From Octopus sinensis (lineage: Eukaryota), in contig NC_043004.1 in NCBI RefSeq assembly GCF_006345805.1, positions 71,734,001-71,798,000 of the forward strand: 64,000 nt of DNA, read 5' to 3'. Positions 13,470 to 26,000 of the stretch are shown here, piece by piece. Each line of letters begins with the position of its first letter. Within the stretch, counting starts at the first letter, position 1. Under the pieces are notes generated by a model, which did no database searches, was not told where the DNA came from, and was given only the letters and a program-made list of their open reading frames with translations. A program made the translations under genes and the position numbers.

Positions 13470-13700
13470 GAGTTGGTCTTGACTATATTCCATTGTAAAT
13501 TGGATATGGTTGTTGACACTGTTGACTAAGTTTTTGAAATCATTAAGTTGGTCGAGTGTGCGGGACCATAGGATGGGGCAATCATCCAAGTAGCGTTTCC
13601 AATTCTCCAACAGGTATTTGTGGAAAGATATCGATATCCTTTTATGTAAAAAAAAGCAACATACAAGTTGATATGTATGAGTAAAATAAGGCAAGGTTGA
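13470..13700 (-). mobile_element. Penelope-like element RT fragment
   Basis: ORF 13329-13694 contains WKRYLDDCPILW...NNHIQFTMEYSQDQLPFL, like the RT at 29008-29300. Confidence 0.75.
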
Positions 13701-14044
13701 AAATGCTAAAATAATTTTATCACGTACCTACATACTTATGGATTAAAAAAAATTACAATATAGTTTATAGTATTGAACGATGACAAAGTGATATAAGGGC
13801 CTGATGATTGGGATTACATTTTAAGAATGGTTCCAGCAAAGCACGGAGTGGTTTAGGAACCGGGAAATATACCTCATGAAACACGTGTAACCAAGTTATA
13901 AAATAGTAAGTATTTAAAATAAAAATTATTTTTTATATGGTGAGATGAATGGGCCTACTATCTATAAATGAAAATATATATTTCTTCATTGAGAATAATT
14001 TGAACCCCTGTTATGCCGGAATTTTTATTCCCTAACAAAAAAAA

Positions 14045-14075
<31 letters not shown>

Positions 14076-14101
14076 CATATGTGTGTGTGTGTGTGTGTGT
14101 G

Positions 14102-14152
<51 letters not shown>

Positions 14153-14171
14153 TTGTGTGTGTATGTGTGTG

Positions 14172-14203
<32 letters not shown>

Positions 14204-15769
14204 ATGTAGAAACGTAACATACGGGTTGATATGCGTGAGGAAAATAAGACAATGTAGAAAATGCTAAAATGATTTTATCACGAAATACATTTTAGTACTG
14301 TTTCCGTCTTTTAGACTTTGTTCACTAAGAGTAAAATACGAAAAACAATTATATTGCTGAAAGGAACAGAGACTGAGGCAGACTATCTGAAGACTTTGGA
14401 AATATCTAACTATTTAAAGACTGTGGAAATATCTACAAAACATTTCACTTAATTTGTTTTCTCCAACTTAATTGTTTTTCTTATTTTACACTTAGTTGAA
14501 AAAGTTTAAATGAACGAAACCGGTACTAAAAGGATAAAATTAAATACAAAATAAGTTAATATCGAACAATGAGAATGATTGCTCAACACCACATCAGTGG
14601 ATAGAGATTTGCATGTATGTGTGTATCTGTGCATATATGCAAAGTACCATATGATGTATAGAGTAAAGTGTGATGTATAATAATTTATGGATCTGCACAA
14701 AACATATAAAATATGCACAATTATATATCATCACTCAATGTTAGTAAATACCGTGAAGTCATCGAAGATGAAAAAGAGATAGCTGTGAATCGAAATTTCG
14801 TTGCTTACCTATATGCTGTTAGAGTAGTGGTTGGGTTCAATACTTGATAAGTATAGTCTTAATATCTTGGTGATGTTTACTTGGTTGTTGTTTAGGGAAA
14901 CAGTGCAGGACTAGTATTAGGTATGGATTATGCTTGTGCGTAAAATATTAAGGTTTAGTGACGAATGTATCTATACTGTGAAGGTGATGAAAAACTAAAA
15001 CCATAGTGCATACTATGAGCGACACGTCTCTTTTATACTAAAGAATAATGTGAACTGAACACCAGAAAGATACATATTCTGTTCGTCAATATAAAGCATA
15101 TACACCAGGAAATGTCCTATAATCATAACTAGTTCAGTAATTCATGGGAATGTGTCGTTTAAAATCAATGATATATTATTTAATGAAATAGACAAACAGA
15201 ACTTCGGGCATCGTGCGCTTTGTTTTATGTGAATGATATTCTTTGACGATTTAGGAGGAAATATTTGGCCCAGTATTCATTTCTAACGTGGACACAAAGC
15301 CACGTCTTGAAATAAAAGATAGAATTCTTTAAAATGACCTCAGTATTTTGTTAGTAATTCATTTATCGACTCCTAGTGGATAAGCTATTGAGAAAAAATT
15401 GGTGGGTTTGGTTTTCTGAAATGTATGTAACCGTAACTAAATTTCGCAGTGTAATTTGTTCGCCACTCTATCGATTTCATCACTCACCACCCACATATTT
15501 GAGACAGTATTAATCAACCAACTTCACGTATGAAAACCAACATATGATTATAAAATATGCTTTACTCCTGCTAATTATTTACAACGAGTAAATGGTTGGA
15601 ACCAGTAAGAGATTAGATGGAAATTTTATTGCTCTGAAATTATGATCATTTCAGTTTTCGACAAACTGTTTATAATTTCCATATAAACTATCATGCACAC
15701 ATATATAGACACACGCTCAAACAAACAAACACACACACAATATATATATATATATATATTTATATATAC

Positions 15770-15818
<49 letters not shown>

Positions 15819-15837
15819 TGTGTGTGTGTTTGTGTAA

Positions 15838-16172
15838 AGGCGCATGGCTCAGTGGTTAGAGCGTCGAGGTTACGATCGTGAGGTTGAGAGTTCGATTCCC
15901 GGACTGGGCTGCGTGTTGTGTTCTTGAGCAAAGACACTTTATTTCACGTTGCTCCAATCAACTCAGCTGTAAAAATGAGTTGCGACATCACTCTTGCCAG
16001 GCTGTTTTGGCCTTTGCCTTTCCCGTGAATAACATCAGTCGTGTGGAGAGGGGAGGCTGGTATGCATGGGCGACTGTTGGCCTTCCACAAACAACCTTGC
16101 CCGGAGTTGAGCCTCGGGGGTAACTTTCTAGGTGCAATCCCATGGTCTTTCGTGACCGAAGGGTGTCTCCTC
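15838..16172 (+). mobile_element. tRNA-headed SINE, family 2
   Basis: A-box TGGCTCAGTGG, B-box GTTCGATTCC, non-tRNA body; mirrored at 52443-52740, which has an internal deletion. Confidence 0.85.
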
Positions 16173-16174
16173 CT

Positions 16175-16216
<42 letters not shown>

Positions 16217-16435
16217 TTGTCAATTTGTTTTATATTTTCCCAAGATTTTCCCTTGTAAACTGTTTTTAACATGTTCTTATTAGTATGAAAGAATGTATAT
16301 ATGTATTGTAATATTTTGTGACAACCAGTACCTAACAGAACAAAGATTTTACATGTTACTTTTGACAATCTTTTTCTAAAAAGGTGAAACCGGTCAAGTA
16401 AATAAACATCTTTTAAAATTGCATTTCAAACCTTT

Positions 16436-16475
<40 letters not shown>

Positions 16476-16888
16476 AATAAACTTTCTTAATAATTTTACA
16501 TTTTAAATGCAAAACCAAACTGCTAACGACTAATTAATTTACTCTGGCAGATTCGTAAAAAAAATGTGGTTATTAAAATTACTTTATTTTCTAATGACAT
16601 ATTGGACTATCTAAGATATTGAACTATCTATGTGTGAGTGCTACATTAGTAAATTCTTGCATGCATTAATTTCTTTGAAAAAGAAAAAAAAAAGATTGGT
16701 ATCGTGATGTTAAATACGTTTAAGAAATACCCGTAGAAGTCCGAAAATGTTACGATTGTAGTCAGCAAAGTCACTGTACAAGAAATGAGCGACACCAAAT
16801 ATTCAGGTGGTTAGATTCAATGCATGGTGATAATGGTGGAAATGAAATTCAAAAAGCTCAAAACACGTATGAAAAATAATTTACTCAC

Positions 16889-17213
16889 CGTTTCTATCTA
16901 GCAATAAATAAGATCTACAATCGCATCCAGACTTGTAAGGAGGCCTCTCGTCAATAGAATTATGCATTTTGCATGTGCCCTTACAATAACTAAAAAAACC
17001 ACACATATTAGTCATCATACAACTTGATGCGCATTCTATGAGTGAACGTGCGGGTTGAGTTCCAATCAACCAGTTATTCAGGCACTCTGTCTTGCTTATT
17101 TGCACATAATACCCCGCATGGTTTGATTCGCCAATCTCCAGCGTCACGAGAAACATAAGAGTGAAAACCCGCAGTAGGTTGTAGAGAACATGGTTTCCGT
17201 TTGGCATTTTCAT
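16889..17213 (-). CDS. First coding exon of secreted PAN/Apple-domain protein, left copy (signal peptide + PAN module, 108 codons + 1 nt)
   Basis: ATG at 17213 two nt after an acceptor (tatatttttcag|GA ATG); hydrophobic leader VLYNLLRVFTLMFLVTLEIGES; PAN-like pattern SLIECASSC..C.FFSY...C.MH; strong donor G|GTGAGT at 16888. Confidence 0.85.
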
Positions 17214-17498
17214 TCCTGAAAAATATATAAAGCAATATATACATGTATGTGTGTGTGTATGTGTGTGTGTGTGTGTGTGTGTGCGTGTGTGTATACAGTT
17301 AATAAAAGGAAATGGAGCAGTAATATAGTGGATTCTTTGTTACATTTATTTGAATCTCGATGAATAAAGTCATACATAAAAGATTTGAGATAAAAAAAGA
17401 ATAGAATCAACAAAAGAAATAAGCGTAAAAGAATCTCCAATATTACTAGGATTTATCATTTATTTTCTAAAATCTTATAAACAAACCTCCACAGCTCC

Positions 17499-17565
<67 letters not shown>

Positions 17566-18773
17566 ATCCAAACAAGAAAGCACAAAAATACACAACAACG
17601 TGAGGACGTGGAACAAATATAGTATTATTGGACGCTCATATATATATATTATCCATAAATCTTATATATATAATTCACTAGTAAAACAAATTATATTTTT
17701 TATATCATGGTAAAATCGTAGAGTAAAAAATGTTTGACTACACGAAGAAAGGGAGTTTGCTAGTTATTAAAGTTATACTTTAGAAAAATCTAACGGATTA
17801 TAAAATCTACCTCATATTAAACATTTTTTTCGCATAAAAATTTAAGTTCTCCCATAATTTTTTTATATACATACTACTTTTCTTAGAACAAAGGAAAGTA
17901 TGAACAATAGAAAGTATAACTTAGTACACTGAAATGCTAAAAATAATAGTTATTGTAACTTTTGTCCGAAATACATTCTAAATTATTATCATAGCATACA
18001 ATATAACATAGCATTTCCCTTTTTCCTCTTTTATTTCCTAATCTTTTTGTATCTTATACCCCACATAAAAAATTCATGGGTTTTTCTTCTCCCACTTTTC
18101 TTCCATTTTTTTACAATTCATTATTTTTCGCCCCTCATAAAATCTTTTTTTTTTCTTTCTTAATTCTTTGCGCATACATATTTAAATTCCTCTCCAAAGT
18201 ATGTAAACAAACATTTTCACCTGAATAATGGAATTTATACAAGAGTACATTGAAATGCTAAATAACTAATAGTTATTTCACTATATAATACTGAATTTGT
18301 CAAATATATTATAGTATTTTAGCAAGATTTCGTTTGATAATAACGCTCCATACGACCACGGCGTCCTAATAAATTATTGTTTACATTATTATTTCGTTGC
18401 TCACCGCCAGAATGTAAATATCTTCCCTGACGATATTCAGGCATAATATGGGGTTATTTTACATCTATCATCGCTTGAATGGAGATGATCTAAATATAAT
18501 GGCAGGATTGAAACATATGTAGGATTCTTTTATAATTATTTCTTTTGTTGATTCTGTTTCTTTTGATCTCAAATATTTTATGTATTACTTTCTTCATCGT
18601 AACACAAATAAAATTAACTAAGTTTCCGCTCTATTTCTTTATTTTCTTTCATTTACTTTACACATTATTGGTTTATCCAAATATGTTGCAGAACTTTCTT
18701 TCAATACATTTGATAAAACCAGTTGATATCTGGATTTAAAAAAATAATATCCCAGATGATAAAGTTGCAAACT

Positions 18774-18816
<43 letters not shown>

Positions 18817-18818
<2 letters not shown>

Positions 18819-19195
18819 AACCACGTAGTTCCGGGTTCATTCCCACTGCGTGGCACCTTGGGAAAGTGTCTTCTAATATAGCCTCGGGCCGACTAAAGCC
18901 TGTGAGTTGATTTGGTAGACGGAAACTGAAAGAAGCCTGTCGTATATATGTATATATATATATATGCGTGTGTGCGTGTATGTTTGTGTTTGTCCCCCTA
19001 TCATTGCTTGACAACCGATGCTGGTGTGTTTATGTCCCCGTCACTTAGCGGTTCGGCAAAAGAGACCGATAGAATAAGTACTGGGCTTACAAAGAATAAG
19101 TCCTGGGGTTGAGTTGCTCGATAAAGGCGGTGCTCCAGCATGGCCGCAGTCAAATGACTGAAACAAGTAAAAGAGTAAAAGAGAGTAAAGAGTAA
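18817..19195 (+). mobile_element. SINE family 1 copy, 5'-truncated, left-arm specific
   Basis: Matches 11975-12345 starting at CCAACCAC; (GTAAAAGA)n tail. Confidence 0.85.
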
Positions 19196-19219
19196 TATAT
19201 ATGTGTGTGTGTGTGTGTT

Positions 19220-19271
<52 letters not shown>

Positions 19272-19282
19272 CATATACACAC

Positions 19283-19390
19283 AGGGTTAGCCCAAATTAA
19301 TGGAATCACCTTAAAATTTCGAACAAATTTATCTTAAATTTGTACAGGACCGCCTTTCGCAGTAATTAACAACTTGAATTCTACGAAGAT
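19283..19390. mobile_element. Isolated Tc1 terminal fragment (TIR + ~80 bp)
   Basis: CAGGGTTAGCCCAAATTAATGGAATCACCTTAAAA resembles the Tc1 ends at 20208 and 49466. Confidence 0.8.
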
Positions 19391-19425
19391 TTTAAAAATT
19401 ATTCCACACGAGGAAGTTGCAAACT

Positions 19426-19487
<62 letters not shown>

Positions 19488-19554
19488 TTATACATTACAT
19501 GTGCGTGTATGTATATATATATATGTGTGTGTATGTGCATATATATATATATGC

Positions 19555-20160
19555 ATATAAATTCAACAACAATTGAGGAATGGCCTTAATAGGCCATTCG
19601 ACCCACTAGAAAGAGCAGCCAGGACTCAAACCGCTAAGTAGTAGTAATTCAGATATTAAAGGAAAATTTAAAACATTTACCCTAATTCATCTTTAGACAA
19701 TGCATTGTTTCGGTGTTTTTAATGGCAAACCAGCTTAATTAAATTAAATTAAGTCAATCCACCAAAGGCTACACCTCATCGGTAAAGAAGCCAGGAGAGA
19801 CAGATATACACGAGGCAGTTGTATCTATGCCCTAGGAATATCTGCCCTAAAATTTTCAAAACCATCGTACTCGCGCCAACTTATCAGCAGTAAATATAAA
19901 CTACTGATTCAATTTCAGAATTAGTCAGAAAATCATCAATTAATCAATATAGGGTAGCAAAAAATTCAATAGAAATTTATCGCCACCAGCGGTCTAGTGA
20001 GAAAGAGAAAATAGTCAAAGACTATATATATAAATTCAACAACAATTGAGGAATGGGCTTAATAGGCCATTCGACCCACTAGAAAGAGCAACCAGGACTC
20101 AAACCGCCAAGTAGTAGTAATTCAGAAATTAAAGGAAAATTTTAAAACATTTACCCTAAT
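19555..20160 (-). mobile_element. Retrozyme-like non-coding element: ~132 bp direct repeats at 473 bp period enclosing a hammerhead ribozyme
   Basis: 19555-19686 and 20028-20160 are near-identical direct repeats; no ORF; hammerhead motif at 19690-19788; absent from the right arm. Confidence 0.7.
19690..19788 (-). ncRNA. Type I hammerhead ribozyme motif (U4C variant)
   Basis: Minus strand: TCTTTA CCGATGA GGTGT..[54 nt]..ACACC GAA ACAATGCATTGT C TAAAGA. Stem I 6 bp, stem II 5 bp, palindromic stem III, GUC cleavage triplet. Confidence 0.75.
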
Positions 20161-20207
20161 ACATACATACATACATACATACATACATACATACATACAT
20201 ACATACA

Positions 20208-21449
20208 CAGGGTTTGTCCAAAGTAATGGAAACACCTTAAAATATCAAACAAATTTATTTAAATTTGAGTAGGACCGACTTTCGCAGTAATTACCAACTT
20301 CGATTCTGTGAGGTATAAACTCATAAAAAGTTTGAATTGTTTCCAAAGGAAATTGTGTCCAATCTCCAGCTAGAGAGTCTCCAGTTCTTGTAATGGTGAT
20401 GATGGAATATATCAACTCTTGTTTTACAGAAATGCACCAAAAATGTTCAATAATATTGAGATCTGGGGACTGTGGTGGCCAGATGTTCAACTTCAGTAAA
20501 CATTTTAGCTGTGTTAATTGGTGCATTGTCATCCTGAAACATTGCGTTTCCCTCCAGAAACAGTTCCGCAACCATAGGATGGATTTGATCAAATGAAATG
20601 CTTAGATTGCCTTGACTATTAATTCTACCATAAAGAGAAACCATTGGGCTAGCGGAAGTCCAATAAATAGCCCCCACGCCAGATCATCACAGATCCTCAT
20701 CCATGTTTAACACTTGGAAGAAGGCAGTCTGGGACAAATGTTTATTTTGGTTGTCTCCTCACGTGTACTCGGCCGGTGGTTGGAAATAAGATAAAGGATG
20801 AATCATCCGAGAAAATAACTTTTTCAGCTGCTCTAGGGACCAATTCTGTAGGATTTTATTCCATTCTAAATGCTTTTCGATGTTTGTATCTGAAGGTAGT
20901 GATTTTCTGATTGGAGCCTTCCCGTGAAATCCAGATTTTTGCAGCTCTCGGCGAAGAGTTTTTGTAGAATCTGGGTCCCGGAGGTGTTCATTAAGCTCTG
21001 CAGTAATTTTTCGGGCTGTACTTCTGTGATCCTTTCTAAGAATTTGCATAATAGTCCAACGGTCCCTATCTGAAAGTATTGTTTTTCTTCCGGAGTTTTG
21101 TTTGGACGAGGAGGTTTTTTTACTCTTTCTCAAAGGCTATTATTACTTTCGAGAGAGTACCTCTTGATACACCAAACATTTCGGCTGTTTTCATTAACCT
21201 ACCGCCTGCCATACGAGCAACAACAATTTCACCTGTTTGAAAGTCCGATAGATCTGTTATTTTAATGAAGTTTACTTTCATTTTTCTGATGATATCTGAA
21301 GAGAAACAACTATTTTAGCAAAACATATTAAGCAACACTAATAATAAATCAAAAGACATAAAAATCAACAAGCTCTTGATAGTTTTATAGATATTTCAAC
21401 ATTATGATGCTAAGATGTTAGGTGTTTCCATTATTTTGTCCAACGCCTG
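20208..21449 (-). mobile_element. Tc1-family DNA transposon (frameshifted transposase)
   Basis: Imperfect TIRs CAGGGTTTGTCCAAAGTAATGGAAACACC / CAGGCGTTGGACAAAATAATGGAAACACC, TA at the right end; minus ORFs with SGRK..LSDRD, FQDDNAP, WPPQSPDLNIIEHFW. Confidence 0.9.
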
Positions 21450-21524
21450 TATATATATATTAGCTGAGATACTTGGCGTTGCTCCAGACTAGAATGGCGT
21501 GGTTTATGTATTGTTTTACATGTT

Positions 21525-21650
21525 TCAGCCATTTGAGTGCGGACATGCTGGAGCACCGCCTCTAATCAAATAAATCGACCCCCAGTATTCATTCTTTGTA
21601 AGCCTAGTACTGATTTTATCGTCGTCATTTGTCGAACCACTAAAGATTAA
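21525..21650 (-). mobile_element. SINE family 1 3' fragment
   Basis: CATGCTGGAGCACCGCC..TCGACCCC..AAGCCTAGTACT is the reverse complement of the SINE 3' half; mirrored at ~48415-48545. Confidence 0.65.
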
Positions 21651-22455
21651 GCACACGTATTAAATATTAATTTAAGGGTTTGTATGTTACTGTAAATGGC
21701 TTGCAAATTTGGAACTGCTACGATAATTATTAACTGGCAATTGTACTGTAAATATATAAACTAAGAGGATCTTAGTGTTGTCGCATGAAAATTGAAAGTG
21801 AATGAATAAAAGTGTTACAATATTATAGTGTTATCACATTAGAATTAATACCGGAAGAATAAAAATGGAAACAATATTATTTCACAATATAGATGTTATT
21901 GTTTTACTTTTGACACCTAATAAAGAACCAGTGCAAGACATTGCTCCGGGCCCGCATTAGGTGAGAAATTGAAAACGTTTTGGGACCATGATATACATAT
22001 AGTAAGAGAGACACATACAGGCATATATTTACGCATGTCATAGACACATATACATATGCATGTGTGGATATGTGTGTCCATCTTTAAAGATATATCTAAC
22101 GTGAAAACACACACACAGTCACAGGGATATATATAATGATGCACTCACACAAACATAGACACTCATATACGAAGTATGACGTTGACGCCGAACACGGAAA
22201 TGACACAAACTGAGACTCGTACACATTCACACACAAACACACACACACACATCACACACATACTCACTCATATAGAAAATGTCACGTTGTCGTCGTCGTT
22301 TTCGTGTTCGTATAAAAAGTCGTGAACTATATTTTTCTATAGCAAGATTACCTCTATTAAATGTTATATTGTGTTAATCGATTAACGAAATAAAAGCACA
22401 TGTACGAACTGCTAATTTAACAGTAAATGCCGCAATAATTATTCAATAATTATTC

Positions 22456-22512
<57 letters not shown>

Positions 22513-22559
22513 GATAGATAGATAGATAGATAGACAGATACAGGCATACATACATAAAA

Positions 22560-24520
22560 GCACATAAGGTTTGGTAAAGAAAATGTGATCACGTGTCTTC
22601 GTTCATGCTGTTGTGATTATAAAACCTCATTGTAAACAATGTCCCTTGTTTTTCTTGAGCGTATGTAAAGTTGTTTGTTTTGTCTCCCACTATTGTGCAG
22701 CCAACATACAGTTGTTCGGAAAAAAGGACTCGTCGAAGAATATGCCAGTCACAGACGGCCTGATCCTGGGATTTATTAGTTGACATCGGAAAATTGATAC
22801 GAAGACGGATCTGCAGTTTTCTGAATGAAATGGGAAATTTCTTCTCCTGATGGGATAAATGGAATTCTTGCAATGAAAACGTCATCACATTTTCTACATC
22901 CATAAATTATTGCCTCGATAAACTGTAGCAACATTTTCTTTACTACCAGTCTTGTCCCATTGAAAGGTCGTGGCGGTTCAAGATTTCGGAGCGGCATACA
23001 GGAGTTCCAACTTTAAATCGTAATAAGTGGGCAAGTAGTCCGTGAGTCTGTACGTTATGTTTATTAACAGCGACGTTTTTTGGAGACAATATTTCTCTGT
23101 GACCAATTGTGGTTTTGGTAATTTTCTGGCCATCATCATGCGGCGTCTAGGTGCACCTTGCCATCGCCAAGTGTCAAAATATCCAGCTTAAATGTTGCGG
23201 ACATTTGGTCAGTATGAAGTTGAGCTCGCATGTTAGTGGTCAGAGTCAGGATCGTAACAAGACGACACAGAGGCGAGGACTTCACACTCGCTTGGATCTT
23301 ATCTGTTCTAGTGCCTTTGGGAATGACAGGAAGGATCTGCATGAAATCAACCGAGAACAGAAGCATTACAACTCCCACTGGAGACTGATGTATCTAATGC
23401 TTCTAGAGATCCCTTGTGAGCCACGGTGCACTCACACAGACGACGAGGTCACACATTCTAAGGACCGGCTCCTGGTCTGAGCTTTTGCTCATGTTGCATG
23501 AAGGCATCTCAGATGCTTCTAAATTGAGAGGTAGCTTAAATGTCGAGTGTATTGTTCTACCACCGGGCAACAAAAATATCTGCAATCCCGGAACTACCGC
23601 AATATCTTGGTGCTGCCTGAACCCTGCAAGGTAGAGCGTTGTAACAAATGTTTTTTTCTGTCCCTCGGTGTTCGTGGCAGGCCATATGTGGGTAATTCAT
23701 TTCCACCCGGCGTAGCAATTCTGTCTTCGATGTCAATCAGATCTCTCTTGTAGACTTCATCGTTGATGCCCTCTATATCAGCATAGAGCAGTGAAACTTG
23801 CCGCTTAATGTCTTCACCAAGGTCGTCTCCGTACTTGAGCAATAACGAGGAAAACACGCAGTTTGTATGTCTATAGCAATACTGCAAGTAGTGCCCTGAG
23901 ACTTTTAGGTGGTTTCGATACGGCAGAGTCTCCCAAAGTTGCATTCTACTGTACACGGTCTTTTGATAGACCTTGTCGCATTCAGGCGTCTCTGTACGTT
24001 GCGAAGACATAACCATCAACTGTATGAGGGGCAGGAAAGTCGTTGGCCCTCTGACCTCTTCTAGTAGTAGACGACGTTAGAGACACTCGTGTTGACTGGG
24101 ATGTACTGTGTAAATCGCCCAAGGCAATTGTCAAACTTAATGCCGGGGTAACAATGAACATCTTGATCTGCTTTTTTCGGAGACATTTTTTCCATTCTAG
24201 GTATAATAGGATGGAATCTGTTCATACAGCAAGGTTTGAGCGAATGAGTCACCTTGACAAACCTTAAATAATGCAGTGAGTGTTGTGTCCCTTGGTTCTT
24301 CTGCCAACAGAGAAGCATTAACATCGGTGATGTACACCCATTGACCCTTTTCCAGGTGAACTGATGGAAGGTGGGATGTCGCTTGTGAAGTGTAAAGGCA
24401 AGGATAACCTCGTTCCTAATTACGTATCGTCACACCTGATAGTAAGTCCCCTCATCCAAGCAGCGTTCTTGTTGAAGGCTAAATATTGCTGCGTCGAAAC
24501 CTTTGTTGACATACGTACAA
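22560..24520 (-). mobile_element. Helitron Rep/PIF1-helicase remnant, left copy
   Basis: LLPGGRTIHSTFKLP, DF.QILPVI, LRNL.PP..NGTRL.V, STNKSQ; many frameshifts; mirrored at 44280-46340. Confidence 0.9.
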
Positions 24521-24539
24521 AAGTACTTGATTTTGCTTT

Positions 24540-24862
24540 GTCTATTTCTTAGTATGACTTATTGTTTGTATTTGTCAGCTTCCTTGAATATGTAAACAGT
24601 TTTTTTGTTTTGTTCGTTTTCTGTGGCTATTTCCATTAGATTTCCTTGCTTCTGAAGTAGGTATTTTTGCCGTTCTATGGGGGTTATTTTGTAATAGTTT
24701 TCTACCTGTATAAGGCCTCCACCACCTTCTATACGTTGTATATGTAACCTTTCTATGTCAGATTTTGGGTGGTGCATCCTAGATCCTGCCATTATTTTTC
24801 TGGTATTCCTGTCTATTTAGGTTAGTTCATTTAGTGCCCAGTTAAGGATATTGCAACTATAA
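24540..24862 (-). mobile_element. Old Dong RT fragment followed by (TAA)n tract 24863-25012 (empty site of the right-arm Dong insertion)
   Basis: ORF 24559-24792 MHHPKSDIERLHIQRIEGGGGLIQ; mirrored at 43782-44260. Confidence 0.85.
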
Positions 24863-24941
24863 CTTATTATTATTATTATTATAATTATTATCATTATCAT
24901 TATCGTTGTCGTTGTCGATATCATTATTATTATTACTATTA

Positions 24942-25013
<72 letters not shown>

Positions 25014-25789
25014 TGTAGATTGAAGCCCCATTAGCAGTAAAAGAGTTCAATCTCCTCGTCAACTTTTTAAAACATTTTCTGCACTGCGCTGCTAGGATTT
25101 CCGTTTAGCAACACAATATGCTTTTCAAGGGGTGCATTTCAATATCTTTAAACTTTCTTCAACTTTCGGGAAAAGCAAATATTTTGAAAGATGGCAATGA
25201 AAGAAGTAATATGAAAAGAAAGACAACACTAGCGTACCGCTGATAATAGTAAACGACGCCACCGCCAGCTCAGCAAAACCAAGCACTGAGGCGAACATTT
25301 TTGACCCTAGCAGAATCAAAACATCTGACTGGTGAACAAGGCATCAAGTGAACAACAACAACAGCAACAACAAGACCATAAAAAACTAAATATATCTAAA
25401 CAATGTAAATGAAAGTGAGTAATTAAAATAGAAAATGTTGTAACTAGCGTGAACACCAGTGCCGCCTCCGTCGAAGCCACTACCATGGGCTCTACCATAG
25501 AGGCTAGAGTGACTACATCCAAAAGAGATAATGGAAAGGGGATTCGTTTTGCGCTCGCTGCAACAAATCGGAAAGGTTTCCTTCTGGATGAAGATGAGTT
25601 ACAACGGGCCGGACGATGTGTGGAATAAAAAAGAAAAACATGCAAGGAGTGTAGCCCTCAAACAACCAACCAAGTTGATGGGAGTAAAATAGCGCCGGGT
25701 TTAGAAATGCTACTGAGATTCAGATTCCAAACTTCCTAGGGAGCATGTGGGTGGCGAAGACCCACATGAAATCGAGGCTAGATAGGAAA

Positions 25790-25868
<79 letters not shown>

Positions 25869-25908
25869 TACAGATAGATAGATAGATGGATGGGTGGATG
25901 GATGGATG

Positions 25909-25993
<85 letters not shown>

Positions 25994-26000
25994 GGGGAGA
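25790..26000. repeat. (GATA)n/(GGAT)n/(GA)n compound microsatellite
   Basis: Directly visible; shorter mirror at 40025-40150. Confidence 0.95.

Noticed and set aside
14292-14331. Hammerhead-like GTC-taaaa-GAC-GGAAAC-AGTACT on the minus strand
   Set aside because: The CTGATGA core is absent and the right-arm copy is further decayed; at most a relic.
15838-15905. tRNA gene (also at 34683 and 11937)
   Set aside because: A and B boxes are present, but there is no acceptor-stem closure and each runs into a SINE body.
25316-25645. Near-identical ORFs 25316-25645 and 40266-40637 as a conserved protein
   Set aside because: No domain, no clear start or splice context, and poly-Cys comes from a (TGT)n repeat; identity is at the DNA level, including silent sites.
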